A stretch of 58,296 bases of DNA from Chrysochromulina tobinii (Eukaryota). The notes under the pieces were generated by a model. The model was given only the letters and a program-made list of their open reading frames with translations, did not search any database and was not told where the DNA came from. Position numbers and translations under genes: made by a program. Below are positions 1-10,818 of this stretch, in pieces (position 1 is the stretch's first letter; each line of letters begins with the position of its first letter). The stretch covers positions 1-58,296 of the forward strand of contig JWZX01003314.1 in NCBI GenBank assembly GCA_001275005.1, in the 5' to 3' direction.

Positions 1-1
1 G

Positions 2-3000
2 GCGGCAGCGGCGGAGGCGGAGGCGGAGGCGGAGGCCAATGCCAAGCCCGTCGGCATCGGGCGGCCGATGGATGCGATTGAGAGCCTCGACCCACCCAAA
101 TATAGGACGTCTGTGGAGCGAATGGTCGATGGGAACCGCCCGCTGATTGTACGTCTCCGTTGCGGCCTCGACTCCGAGCAGACGGGCATGATCGCGCCGG
201 GCGGCAAGCTGCATGTGCTAGAGACGCGCCTCGCGGCCGACGGCTCCCTCCGAGCCTTGGTACTCGTCGACGCGACCCAGGCGACCGTCGTGATGTCGCC
301 GCGCGAGCGAAGCGGCCATGCTCCATACGACGCTCCGCCCTCGCCGCGCTCGCCACGGCGCGCGCGTGTGCGCCCGACGGTGCCGCCGGACTCGTGGGTC
401 GCCGAGGGTAAGTGGGATGAGGTCGAGACTTTCGACCCCCTCTCTCCATTCTCGTCCGACTCGTCGCCGCACGCCCTGAGCAGCTTCAGTCCGGTTGGGA
501 CCCCTTACGGCACCTCACGGACGCACCGAGCGTCCGTCGAGCTCTTCGCCCGTGATTTCGGTCCGCCGGTGGCGCCCTCCTCCCTCCGCGGGCATGACGG
601 GCACCACGCCTTTCGACGGACGCGAGAGCTCTCGGAGCCCAAACCGCCTCCAGTTAGCGTCGTGCCGGGCGCGAGGACGCGCAGCCCCTCGCCCGCCCTT
701 CAGACGGGCGCCGTGTCGGGCGAGCCGTTGGACGAATTAACAGCGGCAGTCGAGTCGTTCACAGCGGACGTGCTCAGCCTCACGCACGGCTGGGTGACCG
801 CCGCGCGTAACGGGCACGAGCTGCTGGCGCGCATTCACCAGGGTATCGACGCGGGCGCGCGCCGCCATTCGATGGAGCTCTGGGAGCGTCGCAAGGCCGC
901 GGACCGTCTCCTCTCTAAGGTAGTGCAGCATATCGCGTCCGAGGACCGCGGCACGGACGACGCCGGGTCCAAGAAGCTGAAGCTGCACACGGCGGACATG
1001 GCTGAGCGGCGCGCCGGCCCGTCCCTCGCTCACGAGCTCACCAGCATGGCTGAGGATCCAGACGGCATTGGCTTCGCATTCGGTGGCGCGGATCCGGGCG
1101 TGTTGCACGCCCATGGGCAGGTGAGCAGCGTCCTCTGATGACCTCTGAGTGTCCTCCCGATGACCTCTGATTATCCCTTCGGACCGGTATTGCATGCCCA
1201 TGGGCAGGTGGTCAAATTCCATACTGTCCGTTACTCGATAGGGCTCGCCGGCCGTTACTGGCTGCACGTTGGCCTGCGCCAGCAGGAGACCCGGCTGCTC
1301 GGCTCGCCTTTTTTGCTCGAAGTGTCGCCTGGCGCAGCCCACGCGCGCTCGTCCCCCTTGCCGGCGGACGCACTCCCTCTCACTGGGCTGGTGCGTCCTC
1401 TGAAAGGAGGAGAGGTGAGTTGTGAACTGCTCGTGACGCTCCGCGATCGTATGGGGAATCGGTGTACGAGCGGTGGCGCGGCGCTGACTGTGAACACCGT
1501 GATCAACGTCGCGGGCGAGGAGAAGAAGAAGCTCAAGGAGAACGAAGCGGCCGCCGTCACCAACGTCGTCAGCAAATGCGTCGACAACAAAGACGGGAGC
1601 TACCGGCTTGGCTGGACCTCCCAGGTGGCGGGCGTGTACTCGGTGTCGATCACCATCGACAACGTTCACCTGGTCGGCTCTCCGGTGATGATGACCTTGC
1701 AGGCGGGCCCGCCCGAGATTGACCAGATTCAAGTGTCCGGCGACGGCACCCAGCAGGCGCAGGCGGGTAAGCCTGCCCTCGTCGTGCTCAAATGCAAGGA
1801 CTTTTTCGGCAACGTCGCCTCGACGAGTGGCTCTGCGATCTTCTTTGGGCTCCGACTGCTGATCCGCGACCCCAAGGAATCCAAGGTGATTGCCACTGAT
1901 GGCCACTGATGACCACTGATTGCCACTGATCGTCCATGATTGCCACTGACTGCCACTGATGACCACTGATGACCACTGATTGCCCCACCCGAATCGAAGG
2001 ATGCGTGGAAGGACACGTTCCACACTTTCACCTCGATGGCCTTCGAGACGACGGTCGTCGAGGACCAGTACCAGATCTGGTACAACGCGCAGCAGGCTGG
2101 CGATTTCGCGCTGCATCTGTGGACCGACTCGGTGGCGGGCGGCAAACGCAAGCTCCTCCCCGGCTCGCCGTTCAACGTGCGTGTCACAGGCGATAAGGCG
2201 TCCGCCTCCGGCTCCTTTATTCGCGGCATTGAGGCGTACAGTTACGGCCCTGCCGAGGCGTCCGACCTCCTCGCGGTCGCGTCGGTGGCGCGGAAGCGTC
2301 ACGGCAGCACCGAGATCCCCGAGATGCAAGTCAAGGCTTCGGTCGTGGCGGGCGATAAGCTTCAACTCTTCCCACAGCTGCGCGATGAGTTCGGGAACGC
2401 ATCGTTCGCGTCCGACCAGTCGCCGTTCGTCGCCTTCGTCGAGCACCTCACGGGCGCCGAGTCGGGCACCCGAAACGACGTGCCGCTCAAGCAGCTGCGC
2501 GATCTGGGCAAGTATGAGGTGACACAGGAGCTGACGAAATGCGGGCTGCACCGGCTGAGCATCCTTCTCGACGGGCAGCATGTGGGTCAAGTTCCGGACA
2601 AGTTGCCACCAGGGATGGTAGGCTCCCCAGTCTACATCCTCGTGAGCCCCGCGGCGCCGGTGGCGAACAAGTCGATCCTCAAGCCGCCAGAGGAGCCGCC
2701 CACTCAGCACTCGACATGCACGCTCACTCTCGAAACGTTTGACAAGTTTGGCAACCGCATGAACAAGGGCGGCGCGACGATCGCGGCGCGCACGGTGGGC
2801 ACCGGCTGCTCGCCCATCACCGTCGTAGATGGCAAGGACGGAACGTACTCCCTCTCGTTCTCGTGCTCGATCGTGGGCGAGTGCAAGGTGGTCGTGCGCC
2901 TAGATAACGTCGAGATGCCGTCGCTGACCGTCGGGTTCGTCAAAGGCGAGGACCTTGAGAAGGATTTCGAGAAGGAGAAGGAGCCGGAGAAGGGGAAGCC

Positions 3001-3043
3001 TGGCGCGCGCGGGGCCAAGAAGAAGGAGATATCAGATATCTGA
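2..3043 (+). CDS. Filamin/ABP280 Ig-like repeat protein, 5' end outside the window; exons <2-1120, 1208-1885, 2000-3043
   Basis: Repeated filamin-type motifs (LRDRMGNR..GG, DNKDGSY, CKDFFGN, RDEFGN, FDKFGNR..GG, DGKDGTY, GSPF). ORFs 68-1138, 1160-1909 and 2036-3043 are in one frame and joined by two GT-AG introns. The frame is open back to base 2. Confidence 0.8.
1121..1207 (+). other. 87-bp intron with motif A insert; 3' end is a copy of the upstream exon end
   Basis: CAG|GTGAGC...GGGCAG|GTG. Contains CTCTGATGACCTCTGA and an in-frame TGA. The last 21 nt copy the exon end with 2 mismatches. Confidence 0.85.
1886..1999 (+). other. 114-bp intron consisting almost entirely of a 10-mer array (CCACTGATGA/CCACTGATTG)
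   Basis: AAG|GTGATTG...GAATCGAAG|GAT; phase 0/0 restores the frame. GAATCCAAG (exon end) versus GAATCGAAG (intron end). Confidence 0.8.
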
Positions 3044-3505
3044 ACAAGGAGAAGTAGATATCCGATTCCTCGGATTCATCAGAGATGCAAAGCGAAGACG
3101 TCAGATTCATCAGAGATGCATATCGAGCAGAGGTGCTCCACTCATCCCATGGCGCATGCATGAGGCATGTATGTGCGCGTGATGGTCGACGGTGTCAACG
3201 TGTTCAAACTCGGAATGTGGCTGCTGGCTCGCGATGCAAGCGGGAGTGCAATTGTGCAGGGTCCAGGGAGTAGCAGCTAGCACAGTCGGAGTATCATAGT
3301 TGGCAAGGCTGGCCGCTACAAGCAAGGCAACGAGCGCTAGCGGGAGGTTTTTGTAGCTTGTACAGGTCCGTGTGTGTGTGTGAAAAGTACAGGCTGCAGG
3401 AATCCGTGGGCCGAGGGCCCCGCGCCATCTCACAGCCACGCAGGGGCGTCGTTTTGAGCGGATTCGCCAAACCTCACGCGGTCCGAGAGTGCGTGAATCG
3501 GCCAA

Positions 3506-3898
3506 ATGGACATGATGCAGGCCGACAAGAGCGCGCCACCGGCGAAAATCGCTGTGGCGCTCCTCTTGATCGTGACCATCGTCGGCGCCATTGTCTTCTC
3601 GCTCAGCACACTCACGGACGAGATCGAGGAGCATTACCACATCTTCCACCCGCAGGCCAAGAAGGTTGACGACCACGGCAAGTCGGGGTCCAACCTCATC
3701 TTTCTCATCGCGCTCTACCCGATCTTGAGCGTAATTGGCCTCCTGCTCGTCATCCCGCTGTTTATGTACATAACGGACCACTCTCCCTTTCAGAGGCTTA
3801 ATCTTCTGAACCCGTTCCACTTTGCCAAGCTGCTCAAGATGGTCTACACTGCGTGGAGCCAGGCTGAAAACGGCAAGATGAAGAGCAAGGATATGTAA
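3506..3898 (+). CDS. Small hypothetical membrane protein with two predicted TM helices
   Basis: ATG-started 130-aa ORF with coding-like codon use and two hydrophobic stretches (IAVALLLIVTIVGAIVFSL; LIFLIALYPILSVIGLLLVIPLF). Confidence 0.6.
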   Translation: MDMMQADKSAPPAKIAVALLLIVTIVGAIVFSLSTLTDEIEEHYHIFHPQAKKVDDHGKSGSNLIFLIALYPILSVIGLLLVIPLFMYITDHSPFQRLNLLNPFHFAKLLKMVYTAWSQAENGKMKSKDM

Positions 3899-4631
3899 AT
3901 TAGGTCGTACTTTAGGTTGCGTGCCAGTAGCTTCTTCCGGGAGCCGGATTGCAACGCCTGTAAATGATAACTTGCTGCCAAATAAGCAGAAATGTGGCGC
4001 GGTCCTGTCGCACAATCGACAACGTTGGGGTCAATGCACATCCGTCATCCCATATGTGTCGTGTGTGATCCGATCGGCTGATCGCGCCCCCCGGGGGCCG
4101 CGCGCAGTGCGTCGGGCCGGGCGGTGAAGCCGGGCTGCGCCCGACAGGTCGCAATATTGGTCGCAATATTCTTGTTCCGCGGCCATGCGACGAGCGTCCC
4201 GCCCGCGCCGACCGCTGCGAGCGGGCCCGTAGCGTACGTGTGTACGAGAGGTGGATACGCGCCGGCATGGCATGGGCGTGGCGCGGTACGCGCCCGTGCG
4301 GCCCTGCAGTTGTACAACGATCAACGTGGATTAAGCGTGCCGGATGACGACCGGAGCACATGCCGGAGCAGCGCCTTCGTGGAAAAGTCACTGAAGTCAG
4401 AGGTCAATCTTGAACACTTCGCAGGTGGAGCTCCGCTATACGACCACCTGAATCCATGCCTGAATCCAAATCCTATCGGCGCGCGACACCTGTGCCTCCA
4501 CCCTCCACTGGCACTGCCTCCAGCGCTTGTCGACCCCGCGACCCTCCGCACACCGTACACGCCGGACATGGTATAACTCCGCTAAGCGTGAAACGGACCG
4601 CAGCGTAGAGCACTCATGTTACCTACCCCTT

Positions 4632-7600
4632 TTAATCGGAGCTCAGCTCGCTACCGATGGCCTTCGTCAACAGCGCAGCTAGAAAGCCGAAGAGACAAGC
4701 GACGCCGATCATGCTGCCGCCGTGCTCGAAGGCCTCGGGGAGAACAGTGGAGGCGATCATCGTGAGCATGGCACCGCCGCACATGCCCTCAATGCCCGCG
4801 ATCGTCATCTTGATGCCGTCGCTCCGCCCCTCGGGTCCCACGGGAGGGAAGGCCAGAGCTCCGAGCCCTGCTCCGATGCCAGTGCCGATGAAGATGGCGG
4901 TCCACATGAGCATGATGACGCGAGACTTCATGCCGTAAGAGGACATAATGGCGGATGAGGACATGGCCTCGGGCAGGTTGGCGAGGAAGACGCCGACGAC
5001 GAAGGTGATGAGCGAGGGCATGTCGCCCGCGTTAGCGAGGATCCCAAGCACGAAGGACTCTGGGATGCCGTCCAGTCCGATGCCGAGCCAGATCATGATC
5101 GCCGCATTCTGTGGGGGGGATATGGGAGGGGCAGGGGGCAGGGGGTAGGGAGAGATGGGGGAGATGGGGGAGATGGGGGATAGGGGAGATGGGAGGGGCA
5201 GGGGGTAGGGCATGGTGCACGCCCCCCGTGCACATCCATATTGGGCGTCTGGCGGTAGCGGAGGAGAGGCGCTGTGTAACAGACAGAAGCTCTGGGCAGA
5301 CCAGAGGATAGCGGAGGAGAGGTGCGGGGCAGCTGTGTAGTAGCACTCTGACGCGCCTCACCTTGCCGTTGCCGCCGTTGCCGTGAGCATCTTCAACGTG
5401 CTCGTGCAACTGCTCCTCGAGATTCTCGCGAGATCGCAACCCTTGCGTCTCGTCGCTATGCAGCTGGAGATCGTCGAGGAGGTTGGCGATGTGCCTGTAC
5501 AACTTCTGCGTCTCAGTCGGCGGCAAGTCGGCGCCCGTGGCGAAGGGCATGAACTGGCCCAAGATGCGCGCCTGCTTGGATGTTTGGATGGCTCCGCGCG
5601 CCATCAGCTTGATCCATCCCGCGTCGCTACGTGGCGCCTCGACTTCGGGCTCGGCCTTCCAGCCATAATCGGCGAGAGAGGGATAGCCGTGCAGGCACTG
5701 CTTCAAGCGCGGTTTGGTGCATCGCAACGAGAGGCCCCGCATCTCGCCGCCGGAATCGAGGTCCTGCACACGGCTTTCGGCGAACCTCAGCGACCTGTTG
5801 ATCGTCGACGCCCTCCGACTGCGCGCCGGGTTGGGCACAGGCTTCTGTTCGCGAAGGGCGCCAGCGACGCCGGCCAGAGAAGACGAGGAATCTTGGCGCA
5901 ACCCCAAATCGACTTGCGCCGCCAGATCCTTCGGCTTGGCCTGGGACTCTTGCCTAATATGGGTCTCTTGAGCCTTCTCTTGCCTAATATGGGTCTCTTG
6001 AGCCTTCTCTTGCCTAATATGGGTCTCTTGAGCCTTCTCTTGCGCGCGCCCGAGGGTGTTGTCTTCAAAGAACCGAAGGCGCTTTGGCTGGGCCGTGGGC
6101 GGCGGCTCTCCCGAAGCCCCCCGAAGCTCCCCCGAAGCCCCCGAAGCCCCCGAAGCCCGTTCCCGCTGTGCGCGGCGTTTCGCGCCGCCGGGCGCGTCGT
6201 CACCTTCGCCGCTGCGCCGGCACACGCTGCCCCGGGACGCCATAGAGAGCCGTTGGAGCTTCTTTGAGCTCCTCATAAAGCTCAAGCCGCGAGTGAGGCC
6301 GTGATGGAGCGAGAAGCGTGCAAAGGAAGGGGATATGGGCTTGTCTCCCCCCTCAGGCGAGCCTCCCTGTGGCCCCTGAGCCTCGGGAGGCACTTGTGGC
6401 GCGAGCAGCCGTCGAAGCAGGTCTGGGGGCCAGCCGGACGGAGGCGGCGGCACATTGCCGTTCGGGGCGGGCGGACCATTGAGGGGCGAGGCGAAGGGGG
6501 GTGGCGAGACGAAGGGGGGGAACCACGCCAATCGCACCTGATCCGAAGCGGCCGGATCAGGCGAGGTGGACGCCCGATACAACGCGACCGCCTCCTTGAG
6601 TGGCTGATGCTTGGCGGTGAGCCGATCGAGGTCGGCGCGGGCGATCGTCAGGATCGTCGAGGGCACGCGCACGACCGCCTCCACGCGCAGCTCCTGCCCG
6701 TAGATATAGTGATGCAGCCCTAGGATGTCGTTGGCGCGAAAGGCACTACTAGTCGTCGCATTGAGCTTCAGGTCGACGATGCCGAGCAGAATGAGCACCA
6801 TCGGGCTCTTGTCGTCGATCGCCTCGAAGAGAACGTCGCCCTTGCTCACCTCCGAGTCCTGCATGCACCCCGCGAGCTCGGCGAGCACTGCCGGCGGAAG
6901 ATCCCTAAAGACGCGAGTGTCGCGCAACCGGGCGGTACCCATCTCTCTCATGTGGCGACGCACCTGATGAGGGAGGCAATCAGAGGTCATCATCAGAGGT
7001 CAATGGGAAGGGCGGTACCCATCTCTCTCATGTGGCGACGCACACGCGGATGTTGAGAGACCCACTGATGCAGCGATCTCGATTCGATCTGGAGCACCTT
7101 CGTGTTCGGGCTGCTCGTGGTCACTTCACACGCGGCGGCGATCCCGCTCAGCAGCCCCACATCGCCGAAGATCCGGTCCTTCGACAAGTAAAAGTCCTCC
7201 CTGGGCCTCGTGTCGGCGGCGGTGGCTGACGGGTCGGTGTCCTCGTCTTGGTACATTGTGACCCGAACGGAGCCGCGCAGCACAAAGAAGATGACCGCGT
7301 GGTGGTCGTTCACGCCGTCGTGCTGGTCGGCGTACGAGAACACCACGCTCCCCGTCTTACGGTACACCTTGCGGCGCATCTGATGCGTCAGCTTCTTCAG
7401 ATCGCTTGTCGGCAGGTGGTGGAACATCGGCACGATCTTGAGCCGGTCGATCAACGCCACCTTCGTGCGGTTGATCGCGCTCATCATGCCGTGCTTGAGC
7501 GTCGACCGCTTGCGCATGAAGGCGCCCTGATCGTTCAGCACCTTGTTGAGTGCGCTGAAGAACACCCCACCGAACACCGCCGCAGCAATCGCAATCAGCG

Positions 7601-7874
7601 TGCCGCCGATTCCATCCTCTTCCTGATGGTGCATGATGGCGCCGAACAGCTCGATGGTCAGCGCCTCGATGAGCGCGCCCCCACCAAAGGCCATCATTCC
7701 AGAAGTTACCATGGGGCCGGGCTTCGCGACGATGCCGATCGCAGCACCGATTATAAGCGAGAGCGCCGAAACCAAGCCCCAGCCGCACGCGACGCCCATG
7801 TTGAATACCGTGTCAATTTCCAACGCAGTGTAGTTGGCGTATCCAGAGCCCGAGCCCGAGCCTGAGGCCACCAT
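4632..7874 (-). CDS. ZIP (GufA-like) metal transporter with two cyclic-nucleotide-binding domains in the cytoplasmic loop; exons 7874-7044, 6963-5362, 5108-4632
   Basis: N-terminal TMs (WGLVSALSLIIGA, MMAFGGGALIEALTIELF). Two CNBD-like segments (VPMF..L..FFVLRGSV..FGDVGL; RVFRDL..LILLGIV). C-terminal ZIP signatures GIGLDGIPES, FLANLPEAMSSS, GAMLTMIASTVLPEAF. Both introns are phase-compatible. Confidence 0.85.
5109..5361 (-). other. 253-bp conventional intron with a (CCCCATCTC)n pyrimidine tract and no flanking duplication
   Basis: AAG|GTGAGG...CCCACAG|AAT, phase 0/0. Confidence 0.85.
5945..6041. repeat. 30-bp coding tandem repeat x3 (QEKAQETHIR) containing TTGCCTAATATGG
   Basis: Three near-perfect copies of tcttgcctaatatgggtctcttgagccttc. 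Confidence 0.95.
6964..7043 (-). other. 80-bp intron: perfect 34-bp exon duplication plus motif A insert
   Basis: 6930-6963 = 7010-7043. On the minus strand, donor GTGCGT lies in the first copy and the insert ends CTGATTGCCTCCCTCATCAG. Splicing restores the frame. Confidence 0.9.
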
Positions 7875-8629
7875 CGCACGCGCCGCGCCTCCCGTGCACA
7901 GTGTGGGTCAGTGGGCCCGCCACAATTCCTCAAAACAGGGGGAGTTGAATCGAAACTTGTTTTGGCGAATTGAAAGTTACATGCCCCCGATCTTTCGCTT
8001 GCTTGCTTGCTTGCTATCGCCATAGGATATAGCCTCCGTAGAATATAGATAGCGTGAAGGTGTGCTGCGGCTACCGCGCACCAACATAAACCAATTAGAG
8101 GGAGTGCCCGGGTGCGGCGGCGTGGCAATGCGGCGTGGAGTGTGGGCGCGCGTCGGGGCTGGTGTGCGCTGTGGGTCGGTTTGCGGCGTTTCAGGCGACG
8201 GCCGGACGGCGGGACCAGGAGATGTGTGTGATATGTGGCTTGTCGCTTGTGGGGGAACATGTGGGGGAAGGAAAAGGCACAAGTCGGGGTCCCGTCACCT
8301 CTGCTCCTCTCGCTTTATTGTAGATATTGGCCGCGTCGCGTTTTGAATGTCGCGGGCCGCGTCGCCGCGAGGCGAGGCGTGATGGCCTGAGACACGTGAG
8401 GCTACGTGAGGCTCGCGATACATCGGTTCTGGCGGTCCGTTAGGCCCCGTTTGTAGCGCCCCCCGTCCCGTCTGGTCTGCTCCCGGGACACAACGCGCCG
8501 CCCCGAGGTCGGGTGCTCTCCCGCACGGCAGCTATGGACACGCACAGCACAGTCTGACTGCAGAGTTCCGCCACGTGCCCCCACCACGGCTGACAGGCCT
8601 GACATCGCACATGAGCTGCACGCACGAAA

Positions 8630-8692
8630 GCTGATGATGAGCGTCCGAATTGACGAATCGCTGATGATGAGCGTCCGAATTGACGAATCGCT
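8630..8692. repeat. 30-bp tandem repeat x2
   Basis: gctgatgatgagcgtccgaattgacgaatc twice. Confidence 0.9.
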
Positions 8693-8704
8693 CGCGTGCG
8701 CTCC

Positions 8705-9844
8705 TCACGGGCGTCCGAATCCCGGCGCCCAGACGACCTCGCCATTCCGGCGGGGCACCTCCGGCATCGGTAGCGTGGGTGCGTGGGTTTCATCGATGGC
8801 GAGGCGGCGCAGCGATGGGGCACTCTGCGTGTGAGCGAGGGGCTCCCCATCTCTCGAGTCGAAGCCGGAGCGACCGGCTTCGAGACGCTCCTCATCATCC
8901 ACAGAGTCCATGTGCGGATCCCACGAGCTCACCCCCGGCAGCCGGGCGTAGCCGCGCCCGTACATGAGCGATGGAGCCACTCGATCGCTCCAGCGGGCGG
9001 GGGCATAGCAACGGAGAGGTGTGAGCATAGTCGACGTGGAGGTGACTTCCCCGGCCGCCCTCGCATTGGCCAGGCGCGTCCGCTGCAGCCGCTGCTCCTC
9101 GCGTCTCGATGCGAGCGAGCGCACGGAGCCACGGGACACGTCGGCACGCAGAGGGCGCAGCCGCCCCGGGGAGGACGACGAGGGTGAGCCCGGGGGCGAG
9201 ACTGGGTTGAGGAGTCTCCGATCGTTATTCGAGGGGGAGGGGGAGCGTGAGAGCCTCGTGGGGCTCTGGGAGCGGGAGGGGGGCGTGTTGAGGCGGAGCG
9301 CCTCGAGCTGCTGATGGCGCACGGGCGTACGAACCTGGCTGTCCAACGCATGCAGCCGCGCCGCCGCGGCGTGTGTTGCCATCATGCGTCCCCCGGAATG
9401 CGTCGTGATCGGCCGATACTGATCCGGACTGGGCGTGATGCGATGGCGCACCTCCCGCGGGACGCGCGGCTCGGCCACGCAGATGGGCGCGAACGCCGCC
9501 GACTTGTTGAGCTCGGCGCCGTTGAGATCATGCATGTTCCATTCAGACCCGTTCGGCCGGAGCAGCGGGGTGTAGTCATGGGGAGCCGGGTAAGGCTTAT
9601 GGCGGATCTCCGAGGGCACGCGCGGCTCGGGTCCGATGCGGATCGGCGCGAACGCAGCCGACTTGTTGAGCTTGGGGCCGAACAAGTCGATCATGTTCCA
9701 CTGGGTGCCATTCGGCTGGAGCAGCGGCTCGTAGTGGTGAGGCGCCGGATACGACTTGTGCCGGATCTCGACTGGCACGCGCGGCTCGGCGGTCCGGATC
9801 GGTGCGAACGCAGCGGATCGGTTGTAATACGCCCCACCGAGCAT
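8705..9844 (-). CDS. Hypothetical protein with three ~50-aa Pro/Tyr repeats (SHIPPO/ODF3-like axonemal candidate)
   Basis: Repeat NKSAAFAPIR..EPRVP.EIRHK.YPAPH.Y.PL..PNG..WNM.DL; first ATG at 9844. Family assignment rests only on the P-x-P-x-x-Y pattern. Confidence 0.65.
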   Translation of the reverse strand: MLGGAYYNRSAAFAPIRTAEPRVPVEIRHKSYPAPHHYEPLLQPNGTQWNMIDLFGPKLNKSAAFAPIRIGPEPRVPSEIRHKPYPAPHDYTPLLRPNGSEWNMHDLNGAELNKSAAFAPICVAEPRVPREVRHRITPSPDQYRPITTHSGGRMMATHAAAARLHALDSQVRTPVRHQQLEALRLNTPPSRSQSPTRLSRSPSPSNNDRRLLNPVSPPGSPSSSSPGRLRPLRADVSRGSVRSLASRREEQRLQRTRLANARAAGEVTSTSTMLTPLRCYAPARWSDRVAPSLMYGRGYARLPGVSSWDPHMDSVDDEERLEAGRSGFDSRDGEPLAHTQSAPSLRRLAIDETHAPTLPMPEVPRRNGEVVWAPGFGRP

Positions 9845-10044
9845 GTCCCGGCGACGCGGCGGCGAAGGCGAGGCCGGCGCGTGGAGCGCGCGCGGCGCGG
9901 CGGCGGAGAAACACCGAGTGTGCGCGTTACCTGGGAGATGGAACAACTTTTACCGCAAGTTTGCCATACTTGTAAAACGTGTCCTGGTCCCCACAGGCGC
10001 CGCGGGACTCTGGTGCGAACCTCGCCTGTGCTGTTTCTGCTCAA

Positions 10045-10420
10045 CTCCGCCGACTCGACTAATTTGATCGTCCTCCCGAAATCATCCAATGAATTCTTTC
10101 CCTTCAATATAGGTTCCATCTTGGGATCCCAAGTACATGTATCTTGGGTGTCCCTACATGTAAGCCCCAAGTATCTTTCTAGAAGCTAAATTTCACATAT
10201 CCGCCGCCGCGATCACTAATTGGGGTCCTGGAGGCTGGTCGCGCTATCCCCGCAAGTATCTTGACTGTGCACTGTCGCTAATTTTACTGATCCGCCGCAT
10301 CGTTCACTAATCGTGAGCCTGGAGGCGGGTCGCGCTATGCTACACTCTCCGCCGACCACGACTAATTTGATCGTCCTCCGCCGGCCACGACTAATTTGAT
10401 CGTCTTCCCAAATTCATCCA
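10045..10420. repeat. Intergenic nested direct-repeat module
   Basis: CGACTAATTTGATCGTC occurs x3 (~10056, ~10360, ~10388). Two internal ~50-bp degenerate copies (~10197, ~10289). Palindrome CTTGGGATCCCAAG at ~10120. Confidence 0.75.
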
Positions 10421-10818
10421 CTTCGTGGGTGGCGCCGCTGTACCTGAACACCAATTTCGTTTCTCTAGCCTCTGTGCAAGTCACGCTATGTTCCGGGGGA
10501 AATTGCACGCCATTCCCAATCGAAACTCTTCTCCTGTTTCTTTTCGCTCCCGAATTTGCCTGACCCAACGCGCTCGAATAACGCAGCCATCCACATGCGC
10601 CTCGATGAGCTCCGTTGCTGCGGCTGCCGACGCTCCCAGCGAGGAGTTCGCAGCGCTCGCCGATTACGCTGTCGACCAGATCATGTAACGTTCCAAACAA
10701 GAGCACCGCCGCCCGCCGGTCGTGTCGATCGCGGCGGTGAAATTCCTGGCGCTGAAATGCATGCTGTCACGTACCAGTCAAGTTTCTCGTCTCCCGTGAT
10801 CTCCCGTGTCCTTTTTTT

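Noticed and set aside
737..2710. 657-aa minus-strand ORF and many other long antisense or alternate-frame ORFs
   Set aside because: Shadows of GC-rich coding sequence on the other strand, with no recognisable motifs.
4124..4576. Possible secreted protein ORF
   Set aside because: GTG start, no recognisable domain and no supporting splice model.
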